Below, in pieces: positions 14,560 through 25,164 of a DNA stretch of 60,731 bases. The notes under the pieces are model-generated. The model was not told the origin of the DNA. It was given only the letters and a program-made list of their open reading frames with translations, and did no database searches. The position numbers and the translations under genes were made by a program. Location: positions 13,337,659 to 13,398,389 of the forward strand of contig NC_057751.1 of the NCBI RefSeq assembly GCF_004010195.1, given 5' to 3'. Every line of letters starts with the position of its first letter. Within the stretch, counting starts at the first letter, position 1. Source of the stretch: Chiloscyllium plagiosum (lineage: Eukaryota).

Positions 14560-16900
14560 AGAGTTCCAGAGTTGCACAACTCTCTAAGGGAAGACTCCAT
14601 CTACATCCGAAAAGAGCAATCCCCAATTTCAGAATACTACCCTCAGGTGTGAACTCAGCTGTACATCCTTTCCACATTCCCATTGTCAAGACCATTCAGG
14701 ATCTTACACATTTCAATTAAGTCATCTCTCAACTCTTTTGAACTTCTGTGGAAACAAGACTGGACTTTGCAAATTATCCTCAGAAGTCAACTTTGTCATT
14801 CCAGGTATTAAACTAGTTATCTTCCTCAGAACTACCTCCACTGGACCTTCATCCTTCTCGAAATATAGAGATCAAAACTTTGCACAGTATTTGAGATGAA
14901 GTCTCACCCATGCCTTTTTTTAAACTGAAGAATAAAATCCTTACTTTGATTCAATTTCTTTCATAATAAAGAATAGCACCCCATTAGCCCTCTTGATTAA
15001 ATGCTGTATCTATATGCTAACTTATTGCGACTCATGCACTACAACCCCTAAAACCCTTTGCTTCTCAGAATTCCATAGTTGTCCATTTAAATGCTGCTTT
15101 TTTTTTTAAAATAGCTTCTCGACAAAATGAAAAGTTCATATTTTCCCACATTATTTTCTGTCAAATGTTTTGTCCACTCAACCGAACCTTATCTTTTGAC
15201 AACTTCCTTAAAAACAAAGAGAAATTGCTGCAGAAACTCAACAGGTCTAGCAGCATCTGTGGAGAGAGAGAGAGAAAGTTAAATGTTTTGTGTCTGGTAT
15301 GATTGTTATTCAGAATCTATTTATGCATATTCTGTTTTGTATCAGCCTGCCAATCTTCCATCCATGCTAACACGTTAACCCTGCACCCTGAGCGTTCATT
15401 TTCCACAATAAGCTTACCCAATGCCTCTGGAAGTATTTTACACAAAATGGCTGCCCTTTCTCCACAATGTAAGTTATGGCTTGAAATAACTCCCTTGATG
15501 AAACCATGATGAGTCTTCCTAATTACCTTGAGATTTTGTAAGTGTGCATCTATAATCTCTTCAGCGTTCAATTTGAACACCTTGCCTATAACAGTTGTCA
15601 AGCAAACTGGTCAATAATTTCCTGTTTTCGGTTTTCATCCCTTCTTCAATAGGGAGTTATGATTTGCTGTTTTCAGTTAGATGGAACCTTTCTGAATCTA
15701 AGGATTTGTGAAAAATTAACAACACATCCACTGCCTCATTAAGAAGTTCTTTTAAGAACACAGGATGAAGTCTATTTGGCCAAGAGCCTTTTCCAGCTCC
15801 CAGCTCTATCAGTTTCCTTCATACCCTTGTTATTGTAATGTTGCTAGGTTCTTGTCTTGATTTAGAGATATACTTCAAATGTTTTTTTTGTATCCTCTGC
15901 CATGAAGACAGAAGCAAAAATATTTGAACACTTCATCTGCCATTGCTGCGTTATCTATCATCTCCTTATTCTTCTTCTCTGGAGGACCAACATTCTCTTT
16001 ACTCAATCTTTTTCCTTGAAAATTCCCAGAGAAATCTTGTTCTCGGTTTTTTTACATTCCTCTCATACTTAATTTCTTCCTTCTAATGAACCAATTGTCA
16101 TGCTCTGCTGTTCTTTATATTCTGACCAATAATCTGTCCTGCCACTGATATTTTACGTAATTATATGATTTTTCTTCAAGTTTCATGCCTTCCCAAAATT
16201 CCTTAGTTAACAATGGCTGGTGGTTCCTCCCTTTTGAAGTTTTCTTCACTGTAGAAATATACAATGTCTGCCATTCTATCTATTGATCTATTATCCAAGC
16301 CCATTATAGAATGCCAGTTTACTTTAACTAACTCAATTTTCATGTCCACATAGTTGTTTTTATTGAAGTAGTGAATACTAGTCTCGGACTCAGTCTTCTC
16401 GGTTTCAAACCTGATGTAAAATTCAATCACATTGTGGTGCAATATAAGGGTGTCATAAATGTGTGATGATGAATTAATTCTGTGACATTACACAATACCA
16501 AGTCTAACATAACCAGCTACTTGGCCAATTCCAAAACATGATACCTTATGAAAAATTCTTGTAAGAAATATTCAATGAACTCCCCATCCAAGCCAAGACT
16601 CAAGCTGATTTTTTTTCCAGTTTATACGTAAATTAAACTCACTTATGATTACTGCCATTCCTTTATTACAAACACCCAATATTTCTTGTTGAATATTTTG
16701 TCCCACATTGTGGTTTACTGTTCGGAAATCTGTAGACCACTCCGAGTAGTAATTTCATTCCTTAACACTTACTCATCTCCATCCAAATTGATTCTATGGT
16801 CTGATTTACTGAACCAAGTTCATCTCTAATTATTGCATAAGTGTTATTCATTTTCATCAGAGCTCCCCTGCACTGTTAGCTCGCTTCATATTTTTCTTTA
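14560..16900 (-). mobile_element. Old CR1 LINE remnant with a small Penelope-like fragment inserted (~15210-15300)
   Basis: Peptides LTTVIGK..HHGFIKG..S and VLAWMEDW; EN-region remnants near 16600-16750. Confidence 0.6.
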
Positions 16901-16989
16901 ATGTCATATTCAAATCGATAACAGGACCCAACCCTTTCTATCCCGAAGTCATGTTTCCGATATAGTGATCAGATCTATCAATTGTTTCC

Positions 16990-18970
16990 TTTGTTGTGCA
17001 GAGTCAGATACAGAGCGTTTAGATGGTCTTTTTTGATGATTGCGACATCTACCTTGTTGTTTTTTTCCCTTTCTCACGTTTACTACTTGATGAGTTGTCA
17101 TCTTTGCCTTGCTGGTGATGTTGTTTTAATAGGCTTGGAGAGCTTTCTTCTTCTTGTCAATGAGATCTTGGTAATATGGTTGTTCTTGTTGAACCAGCCT
17201 TGGTGTCTCCTGGTTTCGTCGCAGGAGGAGATGATGGCGGTCTTTGGCTCTTTACAGCTTCCCTTCACTCCATTAAAATGAATGATTTGAAGATTTTGTT
17301 AAAGACATTGTTAGCTTGATTTTGAAGTTGCTCACGCTGAATTTTATTTTGAACTATTTCTTCATCTTCAGCTGCTTTTGGTGTGATTTGAAGGACATGG
17401 AATAGTGGATGAGCTAGTGGTCTGTCCAGCAGTTATCTGCACACCTCATCGTTTTGTCCTCAGGATCAAAAGACAAATGGGATCAATCATGTGCCATTGC
17501 TTTGATTGTGAATGCCTGCAAGAAATGGTGAACTTGTCTTTTTGGTGGAACATGGTGTCAGTGATAACCAACTGGCATTCCACATTGATGAGTGGGAGAA
17601 TTACTTTGGAATTCTGACAGTACTCACTGATGGTAATCTGAGAGAATCCTTTGAGATCAAGACAGGAGTCAATTAGGGATGTATTATCACTCCCACCTAT
17701 TTCCCCATCTTTATCGTTACAATTCTTCATATTGTCAAGCATGAGCTTTTCAAGTGGCATGGACATTGACTCCAGTATGGATAGAAAACGTTTCAAACTC
17801 AACCCGTTGAAATCCAAGAAGAAAATGCTAATGACATCACTCATGGAACTTCAGTATGCAGATGACAATGTCATCTTTGCTCTCTCGAAAGAGAATCTTA
17901 ACGTCTTCATGGAAACATACTGAAGAATTAGTGCCAGCCTCAATCTCAAGAAAGCTCAAGTCCATTATCAACCTCTCCTCGGGGACATTTCGGTCTATCC
18001 CTCCATTAAGATCAACTGAGAAATCTTCCCAAACTTGGAACATTTCCCCTATCCAGGGAGCTCGCTCTTATCTGAGGCCAACACTGATGCATCCAAATCA
18101 TGAGCGACACATTTGATGCCACAAGATGAGAGTTTTTGATGACCGCACCATCCATACTTGTACCACGATCCTTGTTTATAAGGCAATCATTCTTCTGACT
18201 CTTCTATATGGCTTCAAAGCTTGGATTACATATAGATGCCACCCCAAGGCCCTTATGTAATACCATCAATGCGGCTTCAGATGGATTCTCTACATCAGCT
18301 GAGAGGAGATACAATCATCAGTGTCCTTGAAGGAGCCAATAGCACCAGCATTGAGGCCATGATCATCCAAAATTAACTCCACTAGGCTGGTCACATGTTT
18401 AGGGTGCCCACGTTCTGACGACCAAAGCAAATCTTCTTTCTGTTGTGAATGTTCTCAAGAAGCGTGACTGGACCGAAACTTTATCTCTGATTTCTCTCCA
18501 CAGATGCTGCCAGATCTGCTGAAATGTTTTAGCATTTTTGTGTTTTACTTTCCAGTCTTCTTCATCCAGCTTAAGGAAGGCACACAAACAAGAAGTGGAC
18601 CAAGGCAGTGCTTCAAGACTCCATGAAATCTTATCTTAAGAAATGCAAACTCAATGTCAACACTTAGTAGATCCTCATTCAGAAGAAACCAACTTAGAGG
18701 AATCTCTGAGGATTTAATTCTTCAAGACTACCCATCAGCAAAGGAAGTACAAAAAAGGAACCTGAGAAAGGAGTGCCAGCAATCTCAAGGCCAAAGGCCA
18801 ATTCCATCTCCAGGAACACTTGCCGAATATGTGGTCAGAGAGGAGACTCTAGGATCAAGATCAGGATCAGGATCATCAGCCGCACAAGGACCCACAGAAT
18901 CTATGACCAGTGGCACGAAATTTCCCAGTTGGACAATTGTACTAATTAGTGAATGATTGCTGACGACTAC
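16990..18970. mobile_element. RTE-clade LINE with 5' inversion (EN part on minus 16990-17635, RT and 3' part on plus 17640-18970)
   Basis: Minus strand: QLVITDTMFHQKDKFTISCRHSQSKQWHMID (RTE endonuclease). Plus strand: FEIKTGV..GCII.PT, ELQYADDNV, FPYPGS, W.GH and a C-terminal CxxC..H remnant. Confidence 0.8.
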
Positions 18971-19059
18971 CATTTTTAATGAGGTTTTTTTAATGATACT
19001 ATTTTGTTTTTTTATGTATACTGTATTAAAACTTAAGAATAGGAAAGAAAGATCTTTAC

Positions 19060-20500
19060 CACTTACCAGAGACACACTCTTTGTCCTGTTACAGAGTAAG
19101 ATTCATTTCCAGTCATCTACAATTAATCTAGCTCTGTCTTGGACTGCCTACCTCGAGATCCTCACTTTGCCCACTCTGTCAGTGTTGCTGACTGCATGTG
19201 TCAGGGTCCTCACTACGTCCACTCCTCTATACCATGTTAGGGCCACCATGTTCAAATTTATAAAACACTTTAGCGTTGAATTGGATGATTGGTTATGAGA
19301 AGTGTGGTTCAGCTATAGTCAATTTCATAGGATGTGGCAAGAATTGATGGCAAAGTTTTTAATACATGATAAGATTCAGCCACAGTGGTTTTGAGCTTCC
19401 CACCAATCAACGAGAATATGATGGTTGTTGGTCAAGTAGTCTGAGGAGTTTTCCAAGAAGTGGTGGATTTGGGTATCATCACCATATTCATATTGCTGTC
19501 TATAAGTCTGAGGATGATGTTTCTAAGAGGTGAAATCTGAATGAAGGTGAGATCAAAGATACATGCCTTGTGAATTCCCAAAGTATTCATCTACAAGAGG
19601 GAAGAGAAGTTGCTGATCAAGACATTGTGGTTGCAATCAGATTGGTAACAGTGGAGCCAAATGAGGATAGTTACCCTTGAAGTAGCGATGCAGGACAGGC
19701 GTTGGTCAAGAATGATTTGTCCACTTTGTGAAAAGTTGCAGTATCAGCAAGGAGGATGAGGATGATACACCATTGATGCCGTCCCTATTCTTATTAGTTA
19801 GAGATAGTTGGTATTGTGTCATGGATAAATTCTGATTAGACAATTTTTGATGGAGAGTGTAAAAGAGAAATGAATTGAAAGGTAAAAATAAATTCAAGGA
19901 TTTGAGAGGATTAATGAAGTAGAAGATGGTGTGGTAGTATACAAGGATCAGGATTGAATTGGTTTTTTGAGGATGGATGATTACAGTTCTCTTGGAAGAC
20001 AGGATAATAGTGAAGGAAAGTAAACCATTGCCATTGTAACCAGCTTTGGGACCTGTCAAAATGGGTGCTTGTCAATTCATGCGAATTGAGGAAAGAGAGC
20101 AGGAGATGTATCTCATGAACCTCATTGGAACGATTACGAGAGAAAATGACTTAGAAACTAAAGAGGGATTGGATTCAAGGGTAAAGTCAATGGCAGGTAC
20201 CAGGAGAGGGAGCTTTATTTTAAATAATAAGTGGAAATAGTGGAGACAGGAGAGACAGCTGAATGGATAGTCTCAATCTGGTGACTCAGAAAGGCAAATA
20301 AATATATCAGCTTCTCAAATCAGATGCTGACTTTGGGAATAGAGGGAGTGGGGGAAAGTTTGAGGAGATGCTTGGCAGTGGGCAAAATACATTATCATTG
20401 CTCCCCTGGATAGTGGGCAGTTTTAAATAGAGATGAATGAGTCCAGACAGTGTTGATACAAGTCAATGAGATTTTGCAATAAATAGTTAAACAAATTCAA
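19060..20500 (-). mobile_element. Old L2-like LINE remnant
   Basis: Purine-rich plus strand with degenerate L2 ORF2-like motifs. No intact ORF; assignment is tentative. Confidence 0.4.
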
Positions 20501-20532
20501 CCACAAATGAATGATAGGTTATTAATCCTAAT

Positions 20533-20827
20533 TGTTGAAACTTGATTGCTGGAACAGCACAGCAGGTCAGGCAGCATCCAGGGAACAGGAGATTTGACGT
20601 TTCGGGCACAGGCCCTTCTTCAGGAATGGTTCAAAGGTAGGGAGGACTTGGAGGAGGGGAGTTGGAACCCTCCTCCAAGTCCTCCCTACCTTTGAACCAT
20701 TCCTGAAGAAGGGCCTGTGCCCGAAACGTCGAATCTCCTGTTCCCTGGATGCTGCCTGACCTGCTGTGCTGTTCCAGCAATCAAGTTTCAACTTTGATCT
20801 CCAGCATCTGCAGACCTCCCTTTCTCC
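20533..20827. mobile_element. Penelope-derived fold-back mini-element (125-bp inverted arms, 13-bp TSD)
   Basis: Arms 20534-20658 and 20668-20792 are reverse complements with one mismatch and a 9-nt spacer. TSD tattaatcctaat at 20520-20532 and 20828-20840. Confidence 0.88.
20699..20734 (+). ncRNA. Minimal type I hammerhead ribozyme motif (mirror copy on minus strand at 20592-20627)
   Basis: Stem I ATTC/GAAT, core CTGAAGA, stem II GGGC-ctgt-GCCC, GAAAC, GTC cleavage triplet with palindromic ACGT in the very short stem III. Confidence 0.75.
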
Positions 20828-23189
20828 TATTAATCCTAATCCCCAACATTTAAATTTACTGCCGTATAAAAAGAATCTTCAAAATCCTGGCAAGAATTGA
20901 TTGCTACAATACATGATGGGTATCAGAATGTGGGAAGGGTCACTAACACGTTGCATTGCTTTTTTTTGTTCTTGTGTCTTCTTTACTCATGGCTAACAAA
21001 GCATACATTGTTACTGTGAGTCACATCATTCTATTTTTGAAATCTGCATATCTTTTCTAATCTTGTTCTAGATAAGGCAAAGAGTGATCAGCCAGACCTA
21101 TATCATCCAAGCATAGCAATAGTTCACACAGTCAATCATGTCCACCCTGCCATGCATTTTAGACTCACTTAAGAGAAAGCGATGAAATTGGTTTAGTGAC
21201 AGAAAACAAAAGGGTGATTATTCACAGGTGCATTTGCAACTGGAAGACTATTCTTGATGAGGTTCTGCAGTTTCAGGACAAGGTTTTATGTTTTCCTTGG
21301 TATATACATATGTGCAAGTTTACAGATGCTGCTGCAAAGATTGTTCCTCGCGATCAACCACATGACCAAAGTTGTAGATTGCAGGAAGACATCAATGGGT
21401 TTAGTCGGTGTGCAGAAAAGTGACAATAGGAATTCAATGCAAGCAACTGTGAGGTAATGCATTTGAGGAAGGTTTCCTATCACTAAATTAATTTTGTATC
21501 CAAATTATTACTGGCCCTTTTATTCCATCAACTCTAACTTTTCTCACAAGTCAGTTGTGTGGCAGTGTATCAAATGCCTTCTGGGAGTCCACATATACCA
21601 CATCAGTCTGATTAACCACCAATGTTACCTCATGGAAAAACTCCACTGAGTTAGTTAAACATGACTTTGCCTCAAGACATTCATGCTGGCTATCCTTAAT
21701 TAACCTACATTTGTCAATATGGTGATTAATTTTGTCTCAAATTATTATTTCTCCAAATTATCCAAACACTGACATTGAACTGACTGGTGTAGTTGCATTC
21801 TATTTTCATACTCCTTTGCTTTGCTTACTTGCTTTATCACTGTTCCTCGAAACCATTTCTCCCGCTGTTAGAAAGAAGGTGAGACACAAAGTTAATATTA
21901 AGACCGCATACTTTTGTGGGCAGTATGGCATACATGGGAGGTCAAACCTACAGTTCAACTATACTTAGTTTTGTCAAGTTTCGATTGCAGTTCTCATCAG
22001 AAGGAAGGCTTCTGTTACATTGAAAATTGCAGGTGCTGATCATGAAGTTATATGTAAGAAAGAAACTCCTTGCAATGATCTCCACAAAAATCACTGAAAA
22101 AGACTCATTTTGTCAACACCTTTGTCTTAACACTCATCCAAACAATTTTTATGAAATGCCAAAGAAAGGGGAAAACAACATTTATCCTTTGAGAGGACAA
22201 TCCTAATTGATTAGCAAGTTAATTCCGATTGATAAACATTAATGTGGAGAATGGACCAGTTAATAATGACAGACAGTTCCATGCCAAACTTTATGTTTGA
22301 ATTTTAAACCAAGCCAGTTGACTGTAATTAGTCAATGCATTGCCCTGAGAAATGAACCAGAGTCACTGTCATTTGCTTTGTCAAGTTAAAACAATATGTT
22401 TTTATCTACCTTCAAAAAAGAGAGCCCTGTGTCAGGATTAATATATGCAACTTCTCATACATATAAGTGCACCACACGATCAGCCTGATACAGGACTGTT
22501 TCACAAATGTCCAATTACATATGGTGTTGTAAGTTTTGCAAGCATAAGCTGGTTGGTTAAGAATGGCTAAAAAAAAAGACCAAGAAAAGAGAAATTTCTT
22601 CACCCAGTGAGTGGTGAGCCTGGGGAACTTTTTGTCATAGAAAGTGATTGAGGCCAAAATATTGAATAATCCAAGAAGGAGTTGGATATAGTTCTTGGGG
22701 CGACAGTGATAAGTTATGAGAAGACAATGACAGAGGTACTGAGTTGGATGATCCCATTGAAGGGTGGAGCAGGCTAGGAGGGGTGAATGACCTGCTTTGG
22801 CCCCTATGTGCTCATGCCTGACAAACCAAAGGGATTATTTCCATGAAGCCTGCGGACAAGCACCTGTGAACTGCCTTCCCAGTTAGTTGTTGTGTCTGTC
22901 TATAACACCCACATTTATATTTCTGCATGTATCCGTCAGGGTGTTTTTTTTAAGGGACTTGAGATTTACCCAGCAAAGTGGTATTTCAATGTTTTGTAAT
23001 GGTGGATCTGTAGTTTGGTCTATTCAATTGTAATAAATAATCATTCTTGTTAAGTACACAAAAAAAATGGCTTTTCGTTAACGAGTTCATTCTCCATGGT
23101 AATACTTCCACCAAAGTCTATTTGCGAACCAATCAGCGCTATTCTCCCATATATAATAAATCTTATTTTCCCTTTTTTTTAAAGAAACA

Positions 23190-23492
23190 CATTCACAGGT
23201 TGTGGGCATCACTGGCTAGGCCAGCATTTATTGCACATATCTAATGCCCAAAAGGCAGTTAAGAGTCAACTATGTTGCTGTGGATCTGGAGTCATATGTT
23301 GGCCAGACCAGGTAATGAACCCAGATGAGTTTTTCCAACAATCAATGACAGTTTCATGACCATCATGAGCTTCTTAATTCCAGATTTTCTTCGACTGAAT
23401 CTGCCACGGTGGGATTTGAACCCAGACCCCCAGAACATTACCTGGAACTTTGGATTACCAGTCGAGCAATAATACCACTGGGCCATTCCTCC
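23190..23492 (-). mobile_element. Deu-domain SINE (SacSINE1-like), internally deleted
   Basis: tRNA-like head (tggcccagtggtattattgc ... gggttcaaatcccacc), central ggaaaaactcatctgggttca..gactccagatccacagcaac..gttgactcttaactgcc, tail caataaatgctggcctagccagtgatgcccaca. Confidence 0.7.
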
Positions 23493-24071
23493 CCTTGTAG
23501 TTATGCATATTGTCCAGATGAGTGCAAGACAAAATGCTTCAACAAAATGTGATTTAATCACAAAATTATAATACGACGTTATAAGTTCAGATTGGTTCAG
23601 AGATTCTATCATCATATCCAAATATGGTTTGTTGTTAAGATTTTGGCATATCAGACAAATGTAAACTAACCGTGAATAAAAACAAGACTGAAGTTCACGG
23701 TCTTTTGGGAGTGGGATGTGCAGGCAATGGGATCCTGCATAAAAAGTGTTTTTTTTCAGGTTTTGAGTTGGATTTAAGACCAAGCTGCAAAATAAATTGT
23801 AATACTGACTGATGTATTTTTTTGAAGGGTGACAGGAGACAAATTATTTCAAATTGATGAAGGCCCCCTCCGCCAATTCCACATTCCAGCAACCCACCTT
23901 GAACCCTCATTAGAATCTTTTAATAAACTCACTCACAAAATGTTCTTTGTTCTATTATTTTGCACAATAAAAGCTTTTCAAAAAATTACAGAAACACAGT
24001 TGTGACGGTGATGGAATTTTCTGATGTTTCACTGTCTTCTTTGAAATGTCTGTGTGAACCAAATAAGCAGT

Positions 24072-24637
24072 CATGGAGTCATCGAGATGTACAGCATGGA
24101 AACAGACCCTTTGGTCCTCGTCCATGCCGATCAGTATCCCAACCCAATCTCGTCCCACCTGCCAGCACCCAGCCCATATCCCTCCAAACCTTTCCTATTC
24201 ATCCAGATGCCTTTTAATGTTGTAATTGTACCAGCCTCCACCACTTCTTCCAGCAGCTCATTCCATACATGCACCCCACCCTCTGCGTGAAAAGGTTGCC
24301 CCTTAGGTCCCTTTTAAATCTTTCCCCTCTTGCCCTAAACCTATGTCCCTCTAGTTCTGGACTCCCCCACCTCAGGGAAAAGACTTTGTCTATTTACCCT
24401 ATCTATGCTCCTCAAGATTTTATAAACCTCTATAAAGGTCAACCATCAGCCTCTGATGCTCGAGGGAAAACAGCCCTAGGCTGTTCAACCTCTCCCCTTA
24501 GCTCAAACCTTCCAACCCTGGCAACATCCTTGTAAATCTTTTCTGAACCCTTTCAAGTTTCACAACATCCTTTCGATAGGAAGGAGACCAGAACTGCATG
24601 CAGTATTCCAAAAGTGGCCTAATCAATGTCCCATACA
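24072..24637 (-). mobile_element. CR1 (HER1-like) LINE 3' fragment
   Basis: [29 protein letters not shown] and DLIEVYKI motifs; 3' tail ..ctgtacatctcgatgactcc. Confidence 0.9.
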
Positions 24638-25164
24638 GTAATTAATAATTAATAAAATTGAAACTTTGAGCATTTTGCATTTCTGCAGAAACAGAGGCAA
24701 ATGGTGCCTCTCATCATTTATTATGGCCTAAAAGTGTGACCAACCACTCTGTAATTTATATTGGCCATCACCTTATATTCAGAGTGTATTTGTAAATCTT
24801 GTATCCAATTTGTCAATCACCAAAACATTGACTGAAAAGCAGAAATTGTTGGATTCTGTGGTTGAAGAGGTTAGAGCATCTTTTTAATGGTAAAGCATCA
24901 GAAGCACAGGGAAACATAAGTATTTGAGTGTAGATTTGAACAGTGATAGGCTATATGCAATTATCTACTTTCTCATGTTCAGCACATTTTCTGTCACATA
25001 CCATAAGGAAAAGATAATGTCACTCAGACAGAGCTTAACACATTCCAGCATAATTCCCAAATCAGTACTGCCACCCACCTCCCTTATTCCCTCACCTATC
25101 TTTTCTAAAATTATACTTAAATTTCTTTTATAAAATGAAGCAAGGTGATCCTTTTGAAACTTAC

